Source: Stellaceae bacterium
GTDB lineage: Bacteria > Pseudomonadota > Alphaproteobacteria > ATCC43930 > CGMCC-115725
Assembly (NCBI GenBank): GCA_036264235.1
Contig: DATARH010000174.1
Location: 2,386-66,385, forward strand
Direction of reading: 5' to 3'
DNA length: 64,000 bases
Position numbers and translations under genes: made by a program. The notes below the pieces were generated by a model. That model was given only the letters and a program-made list of their open reading frames with translations. It was not told the origin of the DNA and searched no databases. Every line of letters begins with the position of its first letter. Positions within the stretch are counted from its first letter, which is position 1. Shown here one piece after another: positions 37,944-45,931 of the stretch.

Positions 37944-38194
37944 ACGATTCTCCTAGGTGTTTGACGCCAATCCCTTCGCGAATTGGCCTAACGCGTGTCG
38001 CGATCACTCGGTCATCGGCCGCATCGCGAAACCATCAGTGAAACGAGCCGAGGGTCGCTTGCATCCCACGCTCGCCCTATCCGGTGATGTGGCGGGTGCG
38101 GCCGCTGCTCTGGGTTGAACCGACTTAGATCGCTACTCGACGGCCTTGGAGTTGGACCGCATTCTAGCCGCCGGGAGGCATGCGCGTCCTCGGG

Positions 38195-38210
38195 CGTTTC
38201 CATGGAAACG
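38195..38210. promoter_or_regulatory. 16-nt perfect palindrome CGTTTCCATGGAAACG, a candidate operator or 5'-leader hairpin of gene B
   Basis: Read directly from the sequence. It ends 23 nt upstream of the gene B ATG (38234). GAAAC half-site-like pentamers also occur at 38018-38022 and 38030-38034 in the same divergent intergenic region. Confidence 0.4.
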
Positions 38211-38233
38211 ACAACTCAATACGGAGCTAACTT

Positions 38234-38764
38234 ATGATCAGTCGCATCGCAGTCAGCGCGATCACGGCCTGTTTCCTCGCCGGTTCGGCAATGGCCGCCT
38301 CGCCCGGCTCCGGCAACGCTGGGGCGGCGGGCGGCACCGGTGCTTCCGGCGGCATGTCGGCCTCGACGATAGGCTCCGGCGCCGCCTCGACGACGCCGGG
38401 CAGCACGAGCGCGACCGGCGGTACCGGCGGCAGCGCCGCGGCCGGCGGCACCTCGGCGTCTTCGCTTGGCGTCGGCGGCACCTCGTCGACTCCGAGCGAA
38501 ACATCCTCGGCGATGGGCGTCGGCGGCAGCGCCGCCAGCGCCAATGGCGGGCATGTGATGAGCCACAGCGGCGTGCACGGCAACGCCAATAACCTGAACG
38601 GCCAGTCGATGGACCAAGCGCATCAGCAGGGCGGCGTCTGGAGCAAGTCGCACACGCACACGCACATCCATAAAGGCGAGGTATCGAGTCGCACCAAGTC
38701 GATGGCGCACGAGCCGGGCGGCCCACCGGTCAAGTCCGGCAGCTCCGTCAATGTCGGCCAATAA
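38234..38764 (+). CDS. secreted Gly/Ser/Thr/Ala-rich protein with a His/Gln/Asn-rich C-terminal region (gene B)
   Basis: Signal peptide MISRIAVSAITACFLAGSAMA|A. ACGGAG lies 7 nt upstream of the ATG. The core motifs match those of gene A (SASTIGSG, SASSLGVGG, SSAMGVGG). The tail reads HVMSHSGVHGNANN...SKSHTHTHIHKGE. A terminator lies downstream. Confidence 0.65.
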   Translation: MISRIAVSAITACFLAGSAMAASPGSGNAGAAGGTGASGGMSASTIGSGAASTTPGSTSATGGTGGSAAAGGTSASSLGVGGTSSTPSETSSAMGVGGSAASANGGHVMSHSGVHGNANNLNGQSMDQAHQQGGVWSKSHTHTHIHKGEVSSRTKSMAHEPGGPPVKSGSSVNVGQ

Positions 38765-38794
38765 GTCGAACCCGTAATCGAGCGTGAAGAAGCG

Positions 38795-38830
38795 AAACGG
38801 GCCTGGCCGCGCCGGGCCCGTTTTCGTTTG
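38795..38830. terminator. bidirectional rho-independent terminator between gene B and gene C
   Basis: A 9-bp stem, AAACGGGCC (38795-38803) with GGCCCGTTT (38815-38823), closes an 11-nt loop. A T-rich tract (TTTTCGTTTG) follows on the plus strand, and an A-rich lead-in gives a U-tract on the minus strand. Confidence 0.7.
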
Positions 38831-38831
38831 C

Positions 38832-39128
38832 CTATTTGCCTGGCTGTGTAACCACACAGCCGGTGTCTCCACTCGATCCACTGCCGACCGTGACCGAGCT
38901 GCCGTGGCCACCCGGCGATACGGTCGTGCTGGCGGTCGCGCCACCATTGCCGGTGGTCACCGTCGTTGAATTTCCATTATGGCCGGTCACCACGTGGCAA
39001 GGCCTGCCCTTTCCGGTCGTGACGCCCGTCCCGCCATTGCCGCTGCTGACGGCGACACTGTCGGCCCAGGCCGGTATGCCCACGAGGGATCCGACGATCA
39101 ACGCGACGGCCGTGATCGGAATGCGCAT
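38832..39128 (-). CDS. small secreted Gly/Ser/Thr-rich protein with two Cys (gene C)
   Basis: I moved the start to the ATG at 39128 (MRIPITAVALIVGSLVGIPAWA|D), which has GGAGGA 6 nt upstream. The mature part reads SVAVSSGNGGTGVTTGKGRPCHVV...SVTVGSGSSGDTGCVVTQPGK. Confidence 0.6.
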   Translation of the reverse strand: MRIPITAVALIVGSLVGIPAWADSVAVSSGNGGTGVTTGKGRPCHVVTGHNGNSTTVTTGNGGATASTTVSPGGHGSSVTVGSGSSGDTGCVVTQPGK

Positions 39129-39146
39129 AGTTTCCTCCAAACAAAG

Positions 39147-39599
39147 TTAGCGGGCAGGCCCGCTCGGATTTGCGCCGGGAGAGACGCCGTACAGTCCGGG
39201 ATCGGTGCCGGTGTCCATTGTCGCTCCAGCCGCCGCACTGCTGGAGCCGCTGCTGCGGCCTGCTGCCGCGCCGCCAACCGTGGCGCCGCCGATCCCGATT
39301 GTCGTGCCGCCACCGCCCTGAGCGCCGGCTGTAGCGGAAGGCCGTGCCGTCAAGTTGAGGCTCGGGCTGGGCGCTGGGCTCCCGGGAAACATCCCGGACC
39401 CGGTGTCTGGCGGGCCATTGCCGAATGATGAGGACGCCGCGCTCGGCGCTACGGCGCCGGGACTGCCGCCGGCAGCGCCGCCAGCACCGGAGGCCGGTCC
39501 CATGCCGAAATTGTTGCTGTTGCTCTGCGCCAAGACCGGCAGCGATGCGGCCCACGTCGCGGCTATGACAGCGAGAGCGAGGACCGATCTCAGAATCAT
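39147..39599 (-). CDS. secreted Gly/Ala/Ser/Pro-rich low-complexity protein (gene D)
   Basis: Signal peptide MILRSVLALAVIAATWAASLPVLA|Q. It contains TTIGIGGATVGG, which matches STLGVGGATAGN of gene A. The gaps are 9 nt after gene E and 18 nt before gene C. Confidence 0.55.
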   Translation of the reverse strand: MILRSVLALAVIAATWAASLPVLAQSNSNNFGMGPASGAGGAAGGSPGAVAPSAASSSFGNGPPDTGSGMFPGSPAPSPSLNLTARPSATAGAQGGGGTTIGIGGATVGGAAAGRSSGSSSAAAGATMDTGTDPGLYGVSPGANPSGPAR

Positions 39600-39608
39600 G
39601 TCTCGATA

Positions 39609-40001
39609 CTATTTCGACGGTCCGTGGATCACGACGAGGCATTCGCCGGAGCGGGCCTGGTTGGTCGCGGCGACGCTGTCCTCATTGCCGACGCTGCCGC
39701 TCGCCTTGCCGCCGCCGACATTGATCGACACTCCGTTCGGCCCGGCGGATGAGGAGCCGCTGAGCCCGCCAGGGTTGGTGTTGACCCGGGCGGAGGCCGA
39801 TCCGGGCAAGCTCTTCCCAGCCGACTTCGCCTCGGTGCGGCACGGCTTGTCAGTGTTGATTACGATCGTCGTCCCGCCATTCGAGCCGGAGACGATCGAG
39901 ACATTGGCGCCCGCGCCGGACGCTGTCGTGGTGGTATCGGCGACCGCCGGCAACGCCAGCGTCGCGGAAAGAAGCAGTGTGGTCGTGAACAGGGCGCGCA
40001 T
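39609..40001 (-). CDS. small secreted Gly/Ser/Thr-rich protein with two Cys, a paralogue of gene C (gene E)
   Basis: I moved the start to the ATG at 40001 (MRALFTTTLLLSATLALPAVA|D), which has GGAGG 7 nt upstream. The mature part reads ANVSIVSGSNGGTTIVINTDKPCR...VSINVGGGKASGSVG...GECLVVIHGPSK. Confidence 0.6.
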   Translation of the reverse strand: MRALFTTTLLLSATLALPAVADTTTTASGAGANVSIVSGSNGGTTIVINTDKPCRTEAKSAGKSLPGSASARVNTNPGGLSGSSSAGPNGVSINVGGGKASGSVGNEDSVAATNQARSGECLVVIHGPSK

Positions 40002-40153
40002 GTGGAACCTCCGGCAGTCTGTGCTCAGAGAACACCTGGCTGCTGACGCGCCTCCCGATGCGCCTGATCCGGCAAACAGCCGCGCCGCGTTCGCCTGCCG
40101 GGTTGCGTGCCGGTGAAATCGGTTAGGATGCCGAGGCATTTTGGGAGGAAGCA

Positions 40154-40936
40154 ATGGAACTCGGACTGCGCGGCCGCAAGGCGCTGATCACCGGGGCATC
40201 GAAGGGGATCGGGCGCGCCTGCGCCGAAGTCCTCGCCGAAGAGGGCTGCGATGTCATCCTGGTGTCGCGCACCGCGGCCGATCTGGATGCGGTACGCGCC
40301 AAAATCGCCGGCGAGCACAACGTCTCCGTGCGCTATTTCGCGCTCGATCTCGGCGATAGCCGCAACATCGACAAGCTCGCCGTCGAATGCGCCGACACCG
40401 ACCTCCTGGTCAACAATGCCGGCGCGATCCCCGGCGGCAACATTGCCCAGATCGACGAGGCGCGCTGGCGCCAAGCCTGGGACCTCAAGGTGTTCGGCTA
40501 CATCAACATGACCCGGCGGTTCTATGCGCTGATGGCCGAACGCAAGAAGGGCACGATTATCAATATCATTGGCGCCGCTGGCCAGAATCCCGATTCCGAG
40601 TACGTCGCCGGCTCGACCGGAAATGCTTCGCTGATGGCGTTCACCCAGGCGATGGGCGGCACCGCACCGCGCGATGGGCTGCGCGTACTGGGGATCAACC
40701 CCGGCCCCGTCATGACCGAACGGCTGATCACGCTGATGCGCACGCGCGCTCAGACGCAGTTCGGCGACCCTGAAAAATACCCCGAACTGATGAAGCCGCT
40801 CGCCTTCGGCCGCGCCGCCAAACCCGAGGAGATCGCCTGGATGGTGGCGTTTCTTGCCTCTGACCGCTCCGGCTACACGACCGGCACCATCGTCACGATC
40901 GACGGCGGTGGGTCGAGCCGGCGTTCTGCCCTGTAA
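40154..40936 (+). CDS. SDR-family oxidoreductase
   Basis: KALITGASKGIGRA and NNAG, with the catalytic Tyr region recognisable. 260 aa. Confidence 0.9.
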   Translation: MELGLRGRKALITGASKGIGRACAEVLAEEGCDVILVSRTAADLDAVRAKIAGEHNVSVRYFALDLGDSRNIDKLAVECADTDLLVNNAGAIPGGNIAQIDEARWRQAWDLKVFGYINMTRRFYALMAERKKGTIINIIGAAGQNPDSEYVAGSTGNASLMAFTQAMGGTAPRDGLRVLGINPGPVMTERLITLMRTRAQTQFGDPEKYPELMKPLAFGRAAKPEEIAWMVAFLASDRSGYTTGTIVTIDGGGSSRRSAL

Positions 40937-40996
40937 CTCCTCCCCTGTAAAAAGAGCCGGTCCGATCGATTACAGCCTCCGGTAGTTTCGCTGCTT

Positions 40997-42265
40997 ATGA
41001 CCATTTTCTCCGTGACTGCGCGGACGGGCGTCCGGCCGGCGACGATCGAGACCCGCGCCTCCTGGGTTACGGCCTTGACCGCCCTCGGGATCTATTCGCT
41101 CGCCTTCGGTGCGCCGATTGTCACCGTAGTCGCGCTGAAGCAGATCGCCGCCGACCTCGGTGGCGGCCGCTCGCTGCCGGCGCTGGCCTATTCGCTGGCG
41201 TGGCTGGGATCGGCGGTCGGCGGCATTGGGATGGGTCGGATCGCCGAGCGGGTGGGGGTGCGCTGGACCGTCGCCTTTGGCGCGGTCATGGTCGGAATCG
41301 GGCTGGCCGTGTCGGCGATCGGCGGGTTGGCCGGCCTCCTGATTGGGCACGGGGTATTCATCGGCTTGCTCGGCAATGCCGGCATCAATGCGCCGCTCTA
41401 CATCTACATCTCGCGCTGGTTCGATCGCCGCCGCGGGACCGCGCTGGCCCTGATCGCCTCGGGCCCCCAGCTTGCCGGCCTGATTTGGCCGATTGTGTTC
41501 GAGCGCATGGTGGCGATCTTCAGCTGGCGTCAGACGATGCTGATTTATGCCGTCGCCCAGGTCGCGGTCGTTGTACCGATCGCACTGCTTAGGTTCGGGC
41601 CGGCCCCCGAAATCATGCACGGTGACATTATCGCGGCGCCGGCGGTCGGCGCTCCGGTGCTTGGATGGCGCCCGCGAACGGTGCAGATCCTGCTGTGCCT
41701 TGCCGGCTTCCTATGCTGCGTGCCGATGGCTATGCCGCAATCGCATCTCGTGGCGTTCTGCAGCGACGTTGGAATTCCCGCCGTCAGCGGTGCGGCGATG
41801 CTGTCGCTGCTGCTCGGCTGCGGCTTCGTCAGCCGGCAGTTATGGGGCTTGGTTGCGGACCGGATTGGCGGCGTCCGCACCATCCTGGCCGGTTCGGTGT
41901 GCCAAGCGACGGCCATGATCGGTTTTCTGCTGACCCAGAACGAGGCCGGGTTGTTTTTAGTCTCGGCGGCATTCGGCTTCGGCTTTGCTGGCATCATCCC
42001 GGCCTATGTGCTCGCGGTCCGCGAGTTGTTCCCCTCGACCGAAGCCTCGTGGCGCATTCCGACCGTGCTGCTGTTCAGCGGTTCCGGAATGGCCGCCGGC
42101 GGCTGGCTCGCCGGCGCGATTTACGACCATGTTGGGTTTTACGCGGCGGCATTTGCGACCGGCATCGCGATTAACTTCGTGCACATTGCGGTGATCGGCG
42201 CGGTCGTCCTGCGCCAGGCACGTTTCCGCGGTGCCTGGCGCCAGACGCAGCAACAGGCAGTCTGA
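40997..42265 (+). CDS. MFS transporter
   Basis: 422 aa with about 12 TM helices and an MFS loop motif (GRIAERVGVR). Confidence 0.9.
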   Translation: MTIFSVTARTGVRPATIETRASWVTALTALGIYSLAFGAPIVTVVALKQIAADLGGGRSLPALAYSLAWLGSAVGGIGMGRIAERVGVRWTVAFGAVMVGIGLAVSAIGGLAGLLIGHGVFIGLLGNAGINAPLYIYISRWFDRRRGTALALIASGPQLAGLIWPIVFERMVAIFSWRQTMLIYAVAQVAVVVPIALLRFGPAPEIMHGDIIAAPAVGAPVLGWRPRTVQILLCLAGFLCCVPMAMPQSHLVAFCSDVGIPAVSGAAMLSLLLGCGFVSRQLWGLVADRIGGVRTILAGSVCQATAMIGFLLTQNEAGLFLVSAAFGFGFAGIIPAYVLAVRELFPSTEASWRIPTVLLFSGSGMAAGGWLAGAIYDHVGFYAAAFATGIAINFVHIAVIGAVVLRQARFRGAWRQTQQQAV

Positions 42266-42282
42266 CTGCCCGTTGCGGTCAC

Positions 42283-43074
42283 TCAGCAGGACGAGCTGTC
42301 GCCGCCCCCGCCGAAATCGCCGCCACCGGAGTCGCCGCCGCCACCGTAATCACCGCCACCACCGTAATCGCCGCCGGTGTCGGGGCCACCGCCGGAATAG
42401 CCGGGGCTGTAATCGCCACCGCCGCCGTAATCGCCGCCACCCGCACTATCGCCATAGTAGTTGTTGACCACCGTCTCACCGAGTCCAGGCTGCATGCCGC
42501 CGGTGAGGCTGTTGGCGTAGCCATGACCGAACATCGATGAGATGCCCTGAAACAACAGCGCGCCGCCGGCCACGCCGGCTGCAGTCGCGGCCGCCGAGCG
42601 CAGGAAACCACCGCCGCCACCCATGGCACCACCCATGCCGCCGCCCATGAAACCGCCGCCGGCCGGGGCGTATCCTGCCTGCGGCTGTTGCGCATAGCCG
42701 GGCTGCGCATAGCCGCCGCCGGGCGGCGGCGGAGGCGGTGCCGATGCGACCTGCGGTGACCGGCTCCACGGGCCGGAGCTGGTCGCCGGCGGGCTCGCCG
42801 GTTGGCTGGTGCCGAACAGGCTACCGAGAAAACTGGTCGGCTTCGACTGTGCGTCGGCGACCTGCTTTTCCAACTCGGCGATCCGGTTCTGCGCCTGGTG
42901 CAGGCTGAGATCCTGGATCAATACCGTCTGCACAAGATAGTAGGGCGCGTCCGGCTGCGTGGCGACAGCCTGACGGATCAGCTGCTCGGCCTCTGGGTCC
43001 TTCGGCTGCCCGGTGCCGACGGTCTTCAAGCGGTCGAGCAGGGTGGTGATCAGGTCGCGTTCCTGTGGGGTCAT
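42283..43074 (-). CDS. DUF2076-family protein with a Gly-rich C-terminal (GGGGDY)n tail
   Basis: The N-terminus MTPQERDLITTLLDRLK...APYYLVQTVLIQDLSL matches DUF2076 as I remember it. I moved the start to the ATG at 43074. Confidence 0.8.
   Translation of the reverse strand: MTPQERDLITTLLDRLKTVGTGQPKDPEAEQLIRQAVATQPDAPYYLVQTVLIQDLSLHQAQNRIAELEKQVADAQSKPTSFLGSLFGTSQPASPPATSSGPWSRSPQVASAPPPPPPGGGYAQPGYAQQPQAGYAPAGGGFMGGGMGGAMGGGGGFLRSAAATAAGVAGGALLFQGISSMFGHGYANSLTGGMQPGLGETVVNNYYGDSAGGGDYGGGGDYSPGYSGGGPDTGGDYGGGGDYGGGGDSGGGDFGGGGDSSSC
42292..42450 (-). repeat. imperfect 18-nt in-frame tandem repeats encoding GGGGDY/GGGDF units
   Basis: On the plus strand, ccgccaccgtaatcgccg-like units recur. 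The protein reads GGGDYGGGGDYSPGYSGGGPDTGGDYGGGGDYGGGGDSGGGDFGGGGD. Confidence 0.6.
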
Positions 43075-43177
43075 GAGTGCCCTCCGGCACAAAAGGTGTA
43101 GCGCCCTCTCGACTGGCGCCGCGCAAGATGTGGGGAGCCGGACGGCATACTGTCAATGATGCAGGCCGGCGGCCGCA

Positions 43178-44131
43178 TCACGTCAGGTTGAATCCCATCG
43201 CCAGGAATTTCTCCCGCCGTTGCGCCCGTAGCGCGGCGCCGTCGACGGTCAGCAACGGCCGCAGCGCCTCCTCGATTGCCGCTCCCAATGCGGCGATCGC
43301 CTGCTGTGGTAGCCGATGCGCGCCTCCGAGCGGCTCCGGCACGATCTCGTCGATGACCGCGAGGCGCAGCAATTCCTGCGCGGTCAGCCGCAGCGCCTCG
43401 GCGGCGTCCTTGGCGTACTCGCGGTCGCGCCACAGAATAGAGGCGCAGCCCTCGGGCGAGATCACCGAATAGATCGCGTGCTCGAGCATCAGCACCTGGT
43501 TGCCGGCGGCGAGCGCCACGGCACCGCCGGAGCCGCCCTCACCGATCACTGCGGCGACCAGCGGCACCTTGATGTCGAGACAGGTTTCGATCGCTCGCGC
43601 AATGGCTTCGCTCTGGCCCCGAGCCTCCGCATCGACGCCGGGGTAGGCGCCCGGGGTATCGACAAGTGTCAGCACCGGCAAGCCGAAGCGTTCGGCCAGC
43701 CGCATCAGCCGCCGCGCCTTGCGGTAGCCCTCCGGCCGCGCCATGCCGAAATTGTGCTTGATACGGCTTTCGGTATCCACGCCTTTCTCGGTGCAGATCA
43801 CCATGACACTGCGGCCGCGGAACCGGCCGAGCCCGCCGATTAATGCTGTATCCTCGGCAAAGGCGCGGTCGCCGGCGAGCGGGGTGAAGTCGGTGATCAA
43901 TCCGGCGATATAGTCGCCGCAATGCGGCCGCTCCGGATGGCGTGCGACCTCGACTTTCTGCCACGGCGTCAGACGGGCATAGGCCTGGCGCAGCAGGCGG
44001 TCGGCCTGAGTCTGTAGCCGCCCAACCTCCTCGGCGATGTTAAGGCCGCTTTCGGTCGAGAGGTGGCGCAGCTCCTCGACCTTTCCTTCCAGCTCGGCGA
44101 TCGGGCGTTCGAATTCGAGGAAATGCCGCAT
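43178..44131 (-). CDS. accA: acetyl-CoA carboxylase carboxyltransferase subunit alpha
   Basis: [25 protein letters not shown]...[18 protein letters not shown]...[11 protein letters not shown] moved the start to the ATG at 44131. Confidence 0.95.
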   Translation of the reverse strand: MRHFLEFERPIAELEGKVEELRHLSTESGLNIAEEVGRLQTQADRLLRQAYARLTPWQKVEVARHPERPHCGDYIAGLITDFTPLAGDRAFAEDTALIGGLGRFRGRSVMVICTEKGVDTESRIKHNFGMARPEGYRKARRLMRLAERFGLPVLTLVDTPGAYPGVDAEARGQSEAIARAIETCLDIKVPLVAAVIGEGGSGGAVALAAGNQVLMLEHAIYSVISPEGCASILWRDREYAKDAAEALRLTAQELLRLAVIDEIVPEPLGGAHRLPQQAIAALGAAIEEALRPLLTVDGAALRAQRREKFLAMGFNLT

Positions 44132-44139
44132 ACTCGCAG

Positions 44140-45084
44140 CTACTTGCGGCGGGCGAGGGGATGCGCGGTTTCGACGAGCCGCTGCAGCCGCGCGCTCTGA
44201 ACATGGGTATAAATCTGCGTTGTCGCGATGTCGGCATGCCCAAGCATCTGCTGGACGCTGCGCAGGTCCGCGCCGTTGTCGAGCAGGTGGCTGGCGAAGG
44301 CGTGACGCAACACGTGTGGGGACAGGCGGTCCGGGTCGAGCCCGGCGCCGATCGCCAGCTCCTTCAGCAATTGGCCGCAACGCTGCCGCGTCAGATGCCC
44401 AGTGACCCCGCGGGACGGGAACAGCCAGCGCCCCCCGCGGGCGGAACTGAGGAAGCGATCCCGGCACCCGAGATAGGCGGTCAGAGCGAGGCGCGCCGGC
44501 GCTCCGAGCGGCACCAGCCGCTCCTTGCCGCCCTTACCGCGGACGGTCAGGAAGCGAGGGTCGCGCTGCGCAGCGGCAAGCGGCAGCGAGATCAGCTCGG
44601 AAATCCGCAATCCGGCGGCGTATAGCAACTCAACGATGCAGCGCAACCGAATGCCCTCCTCGCCGTGCCAGGTCTCGGCAACCTCGATCAGCCGCGCCAC
44701 CTCGGACTCGCTGAGGATCTTGGGCAGCGGCCGGCCAAGCCGTGGCGCGTCGAGTCCAGCGGTCGGATCATCAGGCCGCATCCCTTCAACCAGGAGAAAG
44801 CGATAGAACTGGCGCATGGCCGATCGCCGCCGCGCCAGCGTTCGCGGCGAAAGGCGCCGGGTCGCGGCTGTGGCCATGTATTCGTGCAGCTGCGTCGCAT
44901 CTGCGGTATCGAGCGTTCCGCCGCAGATCGCCAGGAAACCGGCGAGGTCCTGCAGGTCATTGCTGTACGCGGCGAGCGTCAGCCGCGCCGCGCCGCGCTC
45001 GGCCGCAAGCATTTCGAGGAAGGATTCGAGCCGGGGCGATGGCAGCGCCGCCGCACGGCGCGCGTCACTTGGGGAAGCGGGCAT
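44140..45084 (-). CDS. xerD: site-specific tyrosine recombinase XerD
   Basis: [29 protein letters not shown]. The catalytic region reads [43 protein letters not shown] moved the start to the ATG at 45084. Confidence 0.9.
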   Translation of the reverse strand: MPASPSDARRAAALPSPRLESFLEMLAAERGAARLTLAAYSNDLQDLAGFLAICGGTLDTADATQLHEYMATAATRRLSPRTLARRRSAMRQFYRFLLVEGMRPDDPTAGLDAPRLGRPLPKILSESEVARLIEVAETWHGEEGIRLRCIVELLYAAGLRISELISLPLAAAQRDPRFLTVRGKGGKERLVPLGAPARLALTAYLGCRDRFLSSARGGRWLFPSRGVTGHLTRQRCGQLLKELAIGAGLDPDRLSPHVLRHAFASHLLDNGADLRSVQQMLGHADIATTQIYTHVQSARLQRLVETAHPLARRK

Positions 45085-45205
45085 CGGGCAGCACCTTCTC
45101 CACCGGCTTCGACGGCGCGGGAGGGTCCCAAAAGGCGAGAAACAAGCCGCCGGCGACGACCGCCAGCACAACGATGATAATGAGCGCTACGGTCAGCTTT
45201 CCCAT
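45065..45205 (-). CDS. candidate small membrane protein (46 aa), below the ORF-track cutoff
   Basis: My own translation: [46 protein letters not shown]. It has one clean TM helix, and 38 of 46 codons end in G/C. The stop overlaps the first 20 nt of xerD in another frame. The RBS is weak. Confidence 0.4.
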   Translation of the reverse strand: MGKLTVALIIIVVLAVVAGGLFLAFWDPPAPSKPVEKVLPDARFPK

Positions 45206-45250
45206 TCCGCACTCGCGTTTGCCGCACCGGTGCTTGCCAACGCCTCGGCA

Positions 45251-45931
45251 ATGGCTCGATTACCTGCCGGGGCGCGCTGTATGCTACTACCCTTAGCGAA
45301 GGCCGCGCGGAAGAGTGCGTGGGCGGCGGAGCGCAGAGTGGAACAGGCGCAAGCGCAAGCGGCGGCAGCGCGGCTGGAATTCGGGCCCGCCCGCACGATC
45401 GTGTTGGTCGGGTTGATGGGTGCCGGCAAGACCAAGATCGGCCGCCGCCTGGCGGCGCGGCTTGAGCTCCCGTTCTTCGATTCGGACCACGAGATCGAGG
45501 CGGCTGCCGGCGAGAGCATTCCGGAAATCTTTGAACACCATGGCGAGATAGCGTTCCGCGATGGCGAGCGGCGGGTGATCGCGCGGTTGCTGCGGCAGCC
45601 GGTTCATGTACTTGCGACCGGTGGCGGCGCCTTCATGGACCCGCAGACTCGCGCCATTATTGCCCGCCGCGGCGTCTCTGTATGGTTGCGGGCCGATCTC
45701 GACGTTTTGCTAGCGCGTGTCTCGCGGCGAAGCAATCGGCCGCTGTTGCAGGAGCGCGACCCGCGCGCCGTGCTCGCCGAATTGATCGAGCGCCGTTATC
45801 CGGTCTATGCCGAGGCCGATCTGACGATCGATAGCGGCGACGGGCCGCCGGATGCGACCGCGGCGCGGGTCATCGCGTCTCTTGCTGAGATCCCGCGCGT
45901 GCTGGCCCCACCCGAGCCGGAGGGGGAGTAA
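45251..45931 (+). CDS. aroK: shikimate kinase
   Basis: IVLVGLMGAGKTKIGRRLA...FFDSDHEIE...FRDGERRVI...LATGGGAF. The start is either the ATG at 45251 or the ATG at 45281. The track start at 44816 is a shadow extension across xerD. Confidence 0.9.
   Translation: MARLPAGARCMLLPLAKAARKSAWAAERRVEQAQAQAAAARLEFGPARTIVLVGLMGAGKTKIGRRLAARLELPFFDSDHEIEAAAGESIPEIFEHHGEIAFRDGERRVIARLLRQPVHVLATGGGAFMDPQTRAIIARRGVSVWLRADLDVLLARVSRRSNRPLLQERDPRAVLAELIERRYPVYAEADLTIDSGDGPPDATAARVIASLAEIPRVLAPPEPEGE

Noticed and set aside
44140-45084. The tyrosine recombinase as a marker of an integrated mobile element
   Set aside because: Its sequence is XerD-like throughout. It sits in the conserved accA / xerD / aroK-aroB context, with no att-like repeats, tRNA or phage/IS genes nearby.
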